A DNA stretch of 64,000 nucleotides from Rhina ancylostomus (lineage: Eukaryota), in the NCBI GenBank assembly GCA_030265395.1, contig JARFYF010000084.1, positions 23,302,058 through 23,366,057 on the forward strand, in the 5' to 3' direction. Made by a program: the position numbers and the translations under genes. Of the stretch, positions 26,455 through 37,339 are shown in pieces (the stretch's first letter is position 1; each line of letters opens with the position of its first letter). A model generated the notes under the pieces. It made no database searches. It was given only the letters and a program-made list of their open reading frames with translations, and had not been told where the DNA came from.

Positions 26455-26730
26455 GTCATAGATGGCGAAATGTCACAAAAACAGGCCCTTTGGCCCACCA
26501 TGTCCACACTAATCAACAAGTACTCATTTATATTAACCAGCACTTTATCTGTAGCTATCTGTGTCTTGATGATCAAGTGCTTATCCAGATACTTTTTAAA
26601 TGTGCTGAGAGAACCTGCCTCCACTGTCTTGTGTTCTAGATTGCAACCATCCTCTGGGTGGGGAAAAAAATTCTTCAGATCCCCTCTAACTCCAAACCTT
26701 AAGCATATGCTCTCTGGTTTTGGATATCTC
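26455..26730 (-). mobile_element. CR1 3'-tail fragment
   Basis: aaacaggccctttggcccaccatgtcc...ctctgggtg...ttcttcagatcccctctaa. Confidence 0.7.
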
Positions 26731-27949
26731 CAACTTCATTTCATATCCACTGTGCCCAGCTTTCATTTAGATATCCCAGCCACCTCATTGTTTAAGTTCT
26801 TAAACGATTGTTTTCCTCACTTCACCTTACCCTGCAAGTTAGTAACATTCACAATGTTCCCTTAAATATAATTAATATTAAAGCGACCTATGAAATCACC
26901 AGATTGTTATTAAAATTCAACTGGTTTACTACCACCCTTTAGCCAAGGAAATGAGTCATCCTTAACACATGTTACCTTAGCAAGCTTCTCCAACCTTTTG
27001 TCTGACCATATGACTCTCTTCCAATGCTTCTCAGTCTCACAAAGCTCCTACACTGTTGGCAGAGAGCCATCTCTGCTCTACTCTGTGGAGCTCCCTAGGT
27101 GAAGTGTATTGCCTGATTAGTTTGGAAGTCTCTCCAAGATGAGAACTTTGATCATCTCTCCCATTCTTGGTATTGCAAAATACTGTGTAGCATTTGGTAC
27201 TACACTACTGAATGCAGGTTCCAGTGGTTAATTATAAGCAGCCAATTATTATTCCTGCTTTTGTTTGGTCAAGGATTATCTGAAATTGCATACAACTGCT
27301 TATATAAACTTGATCCTGCATTATAATGTATCCAGCTCATAAATAGCCAGCAACTGAGAAATTGTCACATTTTATTTGCGTAGACACAGATTGGAATTAG
27401 TGTATCGGCTAACCTGGATGTCAAAATTCAGTGTTCAGTTTTCCAGTTCTTCCTTTTTGATTTGACGTTCAAATTCCAGTTTGGCATAGCTAGCAGTAAT
27501 GCTAATCATTTGCCTTGATGTAAGGTCCAGGAACCCAGATGGCTCACAGATCAGTGGTGAAGAGTCTGAAAATAATGTAATATTCAGCACCACTGTGTCC
27601 TGGGATGTAGTAGATTCCAGGCTACAAGCCTTGACAGATCTTAAGCCAAGACCTCAAATATGTGTTTCCACTATAGAAATTCAGCCAATTGTAGCGGATT
27701 CAGAACAATACCTGCTATTTCAGATCAAGATTTTCTCTTTGGGGGGTGGGGGGGGAGATAAAAGAAATATAATGAATTTTGGAATGCTCTCCAGTTTCTT
27801 CCTTATAAGGAAAAGCTTTATGATTATTAAATATCTCTTAGTATTTGTTCTTCTAAATACCTGCAGAGCCCAAGCATACATTGCTTCCAGATCTGCTGAA
27901 ATTGGTTACATTAAATTAAATGTGAAGGGAAAAAGCACTAGCTTTTATC

Positions 27950-28250
27950 TGGCATATTTCATATCACGAAATGGCCAAAATACTTCTGAACATCAGTACC
28001 TTGTTCATTATAGGAAAACAAGGAAGTCAGTTTGTGCTTGGTAGATTTGCATGAACAGCATTGTGACAAGGACTAAACAATCTCTCTTATTGAGGGTAAT
28101 TTACGGAAAAATATTGGCCAAGACACCTTTTCTTCTTCCCTGCATCTGTATGGAATAATGTGTGGGATCTTTCGTGTGTATCTGAGAAAACATGCATTGC
28201 TGCACATAAACGTGGAATTTATAAACCACCACTTCTGATAAAGCAGAAGC
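27950..28250 (-). mobile_element. Decayed Deu-domain SINE
   Basis: aacagcattgtga...aaatattggccaagacacc...gggatctttcgtgtgtatctgag. Confidence 0.5.
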
Positions 28251-28789
28251 GACTCTTGTGCCTCTGTTGAAAGTAGTCACATTTCAGAATTGGAGGTTTG
28301 TGAATTCAAGTTCCACCTTGTAGATTTGAGCATAAAATGTGGTACTTCATTTCACAATAAAGAATTGTGTTAATGAGCATGAAGTATGTGACACTGTGTA
28401 GAATATAAATAAATTTTAATATGGGTCATCATTTTGGAGTTGCGATATAAAGAATGACTTGAAGGCTGTTAAGGAAATTTATAATTGGTTAATAGTAGAA
28501 AATGCTGGAAATACTGAGCAGCTCAGACAGCAACTATGGAGAGGCATACAGATGGCAAAAAAAGTCATTAGTTTTATTGATAGGAGGATAGCCATGGACT
28601 GCATTACTATCTATTCTTCATTTGGTACTACACTACTATATTCTTCATTTGGTAAATGGTGGATGGAACTTAATCCTGAGGTAGGAAAGAGAAAATAGGT
28701 AGCTGTAGTCCAGTTAGCCTGCCATTAATAACAGGGAAAATACAAGAACCTATTTGTTAAAAAAGGGCACTTAGTAATAGGACTGGGAA

Positions 28790-29620
28790 AAGGCAACATG
28801 GATCTAGCAAATTGAAGTTATGTTTGACAAATCTCTTTCTTTTTTGGGGTTGTAACTCACAGAATAGATGCAGAGGAACCAGATGATGTGGTGAATTTGG
28901 CTGCTCAGCAGGCATTTGATAAGGAATTGCACATGAGCTTATCAAAAAAATAATTAAAGTCATGAGATTGGGAGTAATTTACTGGCTTGGATTACATCTA
29001 TATTTACTGATGATAGAAAGCTCAATAACAATATGGGTTGTGATTGGGACATTCTGGTGTTCAAGGGGGCAAAGGTGTCCTTGTACATGAAGCACTGAAA
29101 AATAATATTTTCATGTCCAGCAAGCAAATAGTGTGTTCGCCTTTATTTGAATACAAAAGTCAAGACTATTTACCAGAATGAAGGATGGATCTGGTTTGAC
29201 CAGAAATATTGTGTACAGGCTTAGCCTCCCTCTCTAAGGAAAGACAAAACTATACTGGAGAGAAGGCCATGAAAGNNNNNNNNNNNNNNNNNNNNNNNNN
29301 NNNNNNNNNNNNNNNNNNNNNNNNNNNNNNNNNNNNNNNNNNNNNNNNNNNNNNNNNNNNNNNNNNNNNNNNNNNNNNNNNNNNNNNNNNNNNNNNNNNN
29401 NNNNNNNNNNNNNNNNNNNNNNNNNNNNNNNNNNNNNNNNNNNNNNNNNNNNNNNNNNNNNNNNNNNNNNNNNNNNNNNNNNNNNNNNNCAGGATTAAGA
29501 TGAGAAGAAATGTATTCATGCAGGGGGTAGTGAATCTTTGGAATTCTTTACCCAAGAGGCCTGTGGAGGTTTGAAGAGCTGAATGTATTTGAGACAGAGA
29601 TTGGTTCATTTTTGGATATT
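28790..29620 (+). mobile_element. Decayed CR1 RT/C-terminal fragment spanning a gap
   Basis: LCLTNL, QQAFDK and MRRNVFMQGVVNLWNSLP remnants. Confidence 0.65.
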
Positions 29621-31264
29621 ATGGCAACAAGCCAGACTGTTTACTTATTTCTTCTGGCCTGTACATGCGTTCATTTGTGTGCTTTCATGGTTGACTGGCT
29701 AGGTGAAGAAGTTACTCAGCCTGGGCATGTAGGTATTAGCAATAACTTCAGGCCTTATTTCTGATACCTACATCTCAGGAATAAATAATTCCAAAAAATC
29801 GTGCTGTTCCTGTTATTCAGTTAATGACTAACTTCTTTCCAATTTGATTAAGATTCATTTGGAGTTGATAATTTCCTGTTTTGTTCATTTTACACTCTAA
29901 CTTTGAGGTCTCAGATCTGCAGAATTATATTTACCAACAGAGAATAATTTATTTTTCTAAACGCAATGATAGCCGCCTTCTGGCTGATATGTGAGTACAT
30001 CTCGGGGGCATAGGAGGAATGAAATATCTTGTGTATTGGTGTTTGCTTCAGTTGTTCTGAGAATAGGGTAACACTTCTAGTACCATGGGATGTCCTCTGT
30101 TAAAAGATTATCTTGTTTTTCTGATGTAAGAAAACTGTCTCACAATAGACTACCAGGTTTCAACATAAATATATGTATATAATGTAATGGAAACATTTTT
30201 AAAAATTTTACCACGAATGCAATTCTTCTATTTAGTTGCACTTTTTTCATCTTTTTTACAATTTAAGTGTTAGATTAATTTGTTTTGGCTGCTAAAATTG
30301 GCATTTATGCCAACATATTAAGTAGTTACTGCAAAATACAATATAGAATTTTATACATTTTTAAAAATCTTAATACATAGCTGAGTTGTCAAATGATGTA
30401 ACTATACAACCTTACGGGACCTAAGGACCAATTCATGCAGTACATCCTATGACAGAGTTTTTAGTCAGTCTCAGATGACTCTCCTTTCACCACAACCCTA
30501 AGTTCTTCCATTGTTTGCTCATGTATGTTTTCCCTTGGTGTTTTTTTTTAAACTTTGGTGGCTAGGTAGTTTGGGGGAAAGAATTGACATATTCCTCAAT
30601 TATTCCTGGCCCTTGCTGTATGTAAAAGGCATAAAGAACAATTCTGTGATGCTGTATTATGCACAGAAAAGCACTTTTGCTTGAATGAGCATTCAAATGA
30701 TGGAATAGCAACAGAGCCATCCCATCTCAGTGATGGGCAGTTGTAACACTGGTGCATGACTCCAATGGGATGGTATCATTAGCATTAAGCTTTTTCCTAA
30801 TGAAAATGCAGTGAAATGCTTAACTCTATGAAATTGAATCCAAGAAAGAATACATTCAAAGTTGTATTCAAAGAGCAGCTTGGACAACCTAAAGCAATAT
30901 ACAACCATTTGATGCACCACCAATGAAATGCCTTTGACCTTTACCCATTGTTGAGATGTGACATGAATCTTCCCATCAGCATTTTTTATCCATCAATTGC
31001 AAGAGGGTGCATTCAGGAGTTTTGTAATACCTAGGTTTGTAAGATGTCTTAGCAGTTCGATTTATCACCAAGGGAAAGAAACCTCGTCCCTTTCCAGAAG
31101 ATAGAATACTTACTTCATTGATAAGTCTATATAGGAAATTCAAACTTAGATGTATTGAAGCATATGAAATCCCATCACAAAGTTCAATTTATGTACCCAC
31201 TTATTAAACAAAACTGTTCAATTTAGTCAATGGTCTTTTTAAATACAGTATAAAAAGAGACAGT

Positions 31265-32140
31265 TGTCGTCATCTTCCTAGGCAGTCCCTTGGGATCAAG
31301 GATGGCTTCCTTCTGCTCCACTTTTGTGGGTTATCAGGTGGCAGATGAAGCCAATGTGGCAGTCACAGACACTTCCACACATGGGGCAAGAGGTGGCTAT
31401 CAGGACAGGTGAGCGAATAGGGCATAAGCTCCATGTGCTCTCAATGTGTGGTCGTGAGATTCTCAATATCATCTTGATCTCCCCTCCGCCTTTTTATTTT
31501 GAGTGGTCATAGTGCAAAGGTTCACCAGATTATGTGGATGTGATGCATCTGTCAAGGAAGCTTTGAACGTGTCTTCAATTTTATTTTTCTCTGTCTGCCT
31601 GGAGGTCTCCCCCCACAAGAGAGTTTGGAATAGAGCATCTGTTTCAGGAGTCTCATATTGAGTATGCCTGTCAACATAACCATCTGGAGTAACAAGGGGC
31701 TCAATGATGGGTATGTTGGCCAGGGAGATAATACTTAATTCTTCCAGTAAGTTTGGAGGATTTTGCCGAGATAACATCTGTAGCATTTTTCCAGTGTCAT
31801 GAGGTGCCTCCTCAGTTTGGAGGATTTTGACGAGATAACATCTGCAACATTTTTCCAGTGCTATGAGATGTCTGCTCTAGGTAATTCAGGTCTCAGAATT
31901 ACATGGAAGGGCAGAGATCACTGCAGCCTGGTAGACCATGAGTTTTCTGCCATTCCTGAGGTCTTGTTCTTCAGATGCCCTTTTCTTTAATCTATCAATG
32001 GCCGTGATTGTGTATTGAAGGCAGTGATGAATTTCACCATTGATGTATGCCTTCACCAACAAAAGTAGTCCACATTTAGAAAGGCAGTGTGGTGCAGCAG
32101 GGCCAAGCTGGTCGAAGACCCTAGTCTTGTGGATATTTGT
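31265..32140 (-). mobile_element. RTE-clade LINE 3' fragment
   Basis: Reverse strand KLMVYQAAVISAL...SETW and SLANIPIIEPLV...EDTFKASL. 3' end cttgatcccaagggactgcctaggaagatgacgac. Internal ~47-bp duplication (31750 and 31814). Confidence 0.8.
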
Positions 32141-32431
32141 AACACACCATTTTCATTCCAAACGAAAACTGCAAAAGGATTAATACCCAGTTTAATTTGA
32201 TGACAATTTAGCAAAAGACATTAAGTGCATCAACAGTTTTTTGTGTATTTAGTTGAAATATTTTCTGCACAGAATAATAAAAATTTTACAGCACAGAAAT
32301 AGGCCATTCAGTCCATCCTGTGTGGTGATCTAAAAAGAAACTGAAAGAAGCCTAATCCTACTTCAAACACTACATCTGCAGCTCTGCAGGTCATGGCTAT
32401 TCAATTACACATCCAAGTAGCTTTTAAATGT

Positions 32432-32588
32432 AGTCACAAGAGACTGCAAATGCTGGAATTTGGAGCAACAAACAATCCACTGAGGAGTCTTGATGCAGGG
32501 TTTTGACCCGAAACATCAGTGATTCCTTTCCTCCTACAGAAACTGCTCGACCTGCTGAGTTCCTCCAGCAGATTGTTTGTTGCTCTAG
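32432..32588 (+). mobile_element. Short fold-back Penelope-derived element with hammerhead-like motif, inserted in a CR1 tail
   Basis: Inverted arms gagcaacaaacaatc / gattgtttgttgctc. Core ttgatgcagggttttgacccgaaacatc. Flanking near-duplication tagcttttaaatgt (32418-32431) / tagtttttaaatgt (32586-32599). Confidence 0.8.
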
Positions 32589-33159
32589 TTTTTAAATGTT
32601 TTGAGCATTTCTGCTTATGATACTGTTTCATTATTTCATTAATGCAGCTACATTGACACAGAGTTTTTGCCCTTCAATAAATGAGCTTTGCAGGTTGCCA
32701 AGAGGACCAATTAATTTATGTAATTCACATTTATATGTGGTATAAATTTTGTGTGTGTGTAAACATGCATATGAAAATTCATTGGGCATTGGATAAAATC
32801 CCAGAAGGATTCAGTGATATAATTCTTCCAGACAGCATNNNNNNNNNNNNNNNNNNNNNNNNNNNNNNNNNNNNNNNNNNNNNNNNNNNNNNNNNNNNNN
32901 NNNNNNNNNNNNNNNNNNNNNNNNNNNNNNNNNNNNNNTATATGTGGTATAAAATTTGTGTGTGTGTAAACATGCATATGAAAATGCATTGGGCATTGGC
33001 AAAAATCCCAGAAGCATTCAGTGATATAATTCTTCCAGACAGCATATTTTACAATCCAAAACTAAAATGGGATTCCTTTAATTATAGATTATATTATTGA
33101 ACAATGGGGAGAGTTTGTGATAAATCAATTAACATCAAACTATATTACTAATTCAAAAT

Positions 33160-33262
33160 CAGAAATAAAAACAGAATGTTGGAAATAGTCAACAAATTGA
33201 TTAACATTTCAGAAGGGAGAAACAGAGCTAGATGTTTCAGATCAATGACCTTTCATCAGAAG
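33160..33262 (-). mobile_element. Penelope-derived terminal repeat with hammerhead core
   Basis: Reverse strand ctgatga-a-aggtc-att-gatct-gaaac-atc. Confidence 0.65.
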
Positions 33263-33319
33263 TCAAACCATGTGTCCCTTCAGCGAGGAGCGATTAAATG
33301 TGCCTAATTTCCATTTCTA

Positions 33320-33830
33320 TTCTTTTATTTGTTAATCTTTCATGATCTGGGCATTGTAGGCACCTTATCCTTCTGGAAGGTTAAGTTTGGAAAGTGCTTT
33401 TTGAGTAGCTTAGGCAAACAACTGCAGTGCTTTTCATATGATACACACTGCAGCTACAGTGCACTGTTAGTGGAGGAATGAATATTTCGAGTGGTGAATG
33501 GGGTAGCAGTCAAGTGGGCTGCTTTGTCCTTGATGGTGTCGAGCAACCTGTGTGTTGTTGGAGCTGCACTCATCCATTCAGATAGAATGTATTCCATCAC
33601 AGTTCTGACTGGTGGAGTATCAGGTGATGAGACGCTTGCCACAGTATTAATGTGCTGATCCAGCTGAGTCCCTGGTCAATGGTGACTTTCAGAATGTTGG
33701 TGGTTGGGGTCTTGGTGATGGTAATGTCATTGAATCTCAAGGGTTAGTGGTTAGACTATTTTAGACATTGTCATTACCTTGCACTTTTGAGATGCAAATG
33801 CTACTTGCAATTTTTCAGCCCATTGCATCT
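33320..33830 (-). mobile_element. CR1/L2-group LINE 3' fragment
   Basis: ORF 33454..33642 VRTVMEYILSEWMSAAPTTHRLLDTIKDKAAHL resembles VRSVMEYSPLAWMSAAPTTLKKLDTIQDKA. Confidence 0.7.
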
Positions 33831-34189
33831 AGTCCCTTAAAATTGTAAAGCATTCAAAAGTGACTTCAGTGGAGCATAATCTGACTGATTCCAGGAGGGG
33901 ACAGCTGGATGGGTGACCAAAAGCTTGGTTAAAGAGTTAAGTGCTGAGGAGTATCTTGGAGGGAGTTATTTAGTTCTGGGTGAGAAGAACTTCCTCACAA
34001 TGAAATATTGTGAAGGCCAAAGCCATCGTCTTTCCTGCCACAAGTGCTATTCCCTTGTCACTGATTTGATATCCTTCCCAATGAAACTGCTGGAAACTGA
34101 ACCAGAAAGTATCCCATTTTGGTATCTTACCTGCCCCCAGGCTGCGACTTGGACCATGCCTGCAAATCCATGCATTGATAGGTACTTAC

Positions 34190-34755
34190 TTCTACACCAT
34201 AACATTGTGTGAATCTGTCCCTGCCTCAGATGTTCTGCTGCTGAAGCCCTCATCTATTCCTTTGTTACCTGCTGACTCAGTTATTCCAGTACGCTCCTGG
34301 CTGAGCTCCCTGCATTTACGTGAACTCATCCAAAATGACGTGATCTCTTCATAGCCTCACCTTTCCCCTTTGTCTGCAATTTTGTCTAGCCATACAGCTT
34401 TTCCAAATAGCTGTACTCATCTAATCCTGACACTTGGAGCATTCCTGAACTTTATCAGTCCACTATTAGTGGCTGTGCCTTCAACTGCTAAAACTTCAAT
34501 GCCTTGGCCTCTTTGCCCCTCCACTGCTTTTCTGTCTTTAAGATACTCATTAAAAACCTCTTTTGTCATTTTTTTTGGNNNNNNNNNNNNNNNNNNNNNN
34601 NNNNNNNNNNNNNNNNNNNNNNNNNNNNNNNNNNNNNNNNNNNNNNNNNNNNNNNNNNNNNNNNNNNNNNNNNNNNNNTTGATAATGCTCCTCTGAAGCC
34701 TTGGGGAATGTTTTTCTTCTGTTGAAATGTGGCATATAAATGCAAGTATTGTTGT
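34190..34755 (+). mobile_element. L2-like LINE 3' fragment
   Basis: ctgctgctgaagccctcatctattcctttgttacc, with 3' end ctcctctgaagccttgggg...gcatataaatgcaagtattgttg. Confidence 0.6.
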
Positions 34756-35059
34756 GAAAGAGGTGCAATGGGTAAAGGAGGAAATTCCAGAGTTTGGGGC
34801 CTGGATGGGATGAGGTAGAAAGAATAAAGTGAATGCAGCATTTTTCAACAATTGAAGGCCATAGTGTGGGAAAAACTGAGGAGCAACTTGACCGTGGAGG
34901 ATGCGCGTTCTAAATATAACGCATCTGGGGACACAAGACAATGTGGATCAGTAAACACAGTTGTGATGGTTGTGTTCAGATAATGGAGCCAAAGTTCTGA
35001 TTGAGTTTAAATTAATGAAAGGAGGAGATGGGAAGCTGACCTGGAAGATGAAGCGAGAA

Positions 35060-35520
35060 TCATGTTTGGCCCTTCCCTCTGCACTTTCATCCCCTAGAAC
35101 TGCCTTTGGACCTCTCAGGTCTTAGTTCTTCCTTGAATGGAAGCCCACCCTGTCCCCACCAGTACCACCACTCTTTAGTTCTTGTTCCTGTGTTGACCAA
35201 TGTAAATTTCAACTCTTCCCATTTCCAAATTAAAGATATAGCGATCAGAAGATTTATGATTCCTGCCAGTTTCATGGAATATGCACAACATTCTTTGTCT
35301 AAATCCTATTCTGGTTCTCCTTCCCTTGCCTCCTCTTTGAGCACTTTGATGACAATGTCTGGCTCGTGTTCTCATCCCAAATTAGAAATTTCCAATTTCC
35401 AACCTTGCTTCATTTTCAAGTGTTCCAGCTCCAACTCTTTCCGTCCTTTTCTTAACTTTTCTTGCTCTCTCCATTTCTCAGGGTGGGCTGCCACCTAATT
35501 TCTGCAAGTCCACTGTGTCT
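35060..35520 (+). mobile_element. Penelope-like RT remnant
   Basis: FNSSHFQIKDIA (resembles FLQIKGVAMG), MEYAQHSLSKSYSG, and gagcactttgatgac (decayed RYIDD). Confidence 0.6.
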
Positions 35521-35809
35521 CAGAAGGCAGGAGGATAGTAAACAACAAAAGGATACCTCCATTCCATTTTATCACATTTCTTCCCTTTCGTGCTCTAGTT
35601 CTGTTCATGCCTTCCCACTTTATCTGATCTTACACGTTGCTTTTCTCCTACTTTATTTCAGTACCACAGGAACATTTTCCCCATAGGTGCCATCTGATCA
35701 CTTGAATCCTTACAGCAATTTTAATTTTTATACCACATCTTTGAAGTCAAATAAACCATGTATAAGGGTGTAGTAGGCACTTCGTTCAGATGAGGGTATA
35801 TTACAGAAA

Positions 35810-36781
35810 AACTGTTATATACTGGAACATGACCAACTACCACCTCACAATATGTGCTGATCAATTCTGAAAACTGTATTACATTATGACTAAAGACAGA
35901 ATTACATGAATGGGTTTTTCATTTATGAGTCTTTCATGTATGAGTACTCTCTTTGATAGTGCCTTCACCCTACTGCAGCTCCCCAGGTAGTTCAATACTC
36001 ATTGAGAAAAGGCATTGTTTGGAATGGATGCAGAAAATTTGATGACACGAAAAGTATCATAACAGAGCAGAATCAATGTGCTTGATGTTCCACCCTTCTG
36101 CTTAAGCTTCTGGCTGTCTGGTTTTCCTTTGAAGTGAGCTTGTAGTCAGAAAGAGAGGGATGATTGCATTCTTGGAGTTGGTGCTTATTGCTATTTTTAC
36201 ACTATTACCCTGTAGGATTGTTAGCCCCTTTTTTTCTCGATGACTTGTCTTTCAGTTTATTACAAGTCTAGTCTTTCATTTTGAAATCTTAACAAGCAAT
36301 TATGCCAAGGGGTAATTTTCTTTGTCTCCCATTCCTGAAGTATTGCCCAACAATATCTTTTGTAAGATGTTTAATTGGTAATAAATTCTGTTTTGTAATA
36401 TCTGTTGCTTGTCTTGCCCAAGTTGGAGCTTTCTGTTGTAAAACTCCACAAAAATAACAGTTGCTGAAGAGAAAGCAATTTACCATATTTGGGTTCATAC
36501 CCAATTCTTGGAAGACTAACTGGAACGGATAACTGCGTAGTCCACTGCAAAAAGGATTCTTTGTCAAAAACTTCTGCATCCATTCCAAACAATGCATTTT
36601 CTCAATGAGTATTGAACTACCTGGAGAGCTGCAGAAGGGTGAAGGGGCCATTAAAGAAAGTACTCATACATGAAAGACCCATTCATGTAACTCTGTCTAT
36701 AGTCATAGTGTAGTTTTCAGAACTTATCAGCACATATTGAATGGTGGTGGTTGGTCCTTCATGTCCCAGTATATTACAGTT
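35810..36781. repeat. Long inverted repeat / fold-back element (arms ~35810-36042 and ~36563-36781, ~520-bp spacer)
   Basis: Arms align by eye over ~220 bp, e.g. ccaggtagttcaatactcattgagaaaaggcattgtttggaatggatgcagaa versus ttctgcatccattccaaacaatgcattttctcaatgagtattgaactacctgg. Confidence 0.92.
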
Positions 36782-36785
36782 ACAA

Positions 36786-36983
36786 CCCACCTAAAATGCT
36801 GGAGGAACTCAGCATGTTGGGCAGCATCTGTGGAGAGAAATAAACAGTCCTGATGAAGGTTTCGACCCGAAACGGTGACCATTTTTTTCTCTCCATAGAT
36901 GCTGCCCGACCTGCTGAGTTCCTCCAGCATTTTGTGTGTGTGTTGCTCCAGATTCCAGCATCTGCAGAATCTCTTGTGTCTCC
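36786..36983 (+). mobile_element. Fold-back Penelope-derived short element with hammerhead motif and 15-bp TSD
   Basis: TSD atattacagttacaa at 36771-36785 and 36984-36998. Arms 36793-36840 and 36886-36933. The loop contains cagtc-ctgatga-aggtttcgaccc-gaaac. Confidence 0.88.
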
Positions 36984-36999
36984 ATATTACAGTTACAAT

Positions 37000-37125
37000 T
37001 TTAATCTTGGAAATGCAGCAGCCAATTTGCATACAGCAACCTCCTTCCAAGCAGCAATGGGATAATGATCAGATAATCTGCTTTAAATGATGTTGGTTGA
37101 GGGGCATAATTACTGGCCAGGACGT
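37000..37125 (-). mobile_element. Deu-domain SINE fragment
   Basis: ggaaatgcagcagccaatttgcatacagcaa...cagataatctg...gatgttggttgagggg..taattactggccaggac. Confidence 0.6.
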
Positions 37126-37213
37126 TGTAGAATCATTGAACAAAATAAATGCATTATAAATAAGAGGAGTTCTAACATGCCAAGCAATAATTCCAATATA
37201 TTGCACCCTACAG

Positions 37214-37339
37214 ATTTGGGAAATATCGGAAAGAAGAAAAAGTTGGAAAGCTTGATCGTAAAGGGTCAAACAAGGGCAAGGTGGAAGAAACTCAGTCATC
37301 GGAGGATGAGCGGATACGAATGAGGCAGGAGCAGGAGAG
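37214..37339 (+). CDS. PARD3: PARD3-family internal coding exon (126 nt, phase 2/2): (R)FGKYRKEEKVGKLDRKGSNKGKVEETQSSEDERIRMRQEQE(R)
   Basis: Acceptor ccctacag|A and donor GAG|gtatgg around an open frame. Resembles the recalled mammalian PARD3 segment FGKHRKDDK...SEEERIRMKQEQER and joins the next exon in frame. Not in the ORF track in this frame. Confidence 0.9.

Noticed and set aside
27499-28044. 181-aa + strand ORF
   Set aside because: No recognisable domain or PARD3 similarity, it includes a G-run and overlaps a SINE relic. Likely chance.
28603-28654. Short repeated tattcttcatttggta with a spacer (CRISPR-like look)
   Set aside because: Only two copies in a vertebrate intron, consistent with a local slippage duplication.
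1-37213. Search for the preceding PARD3 exon (Lys-rich, ending GLGDMF-like) and the known short terminal exon
   Set aside because: Not found by eye. They probably lie upstream of the window or in a gap.
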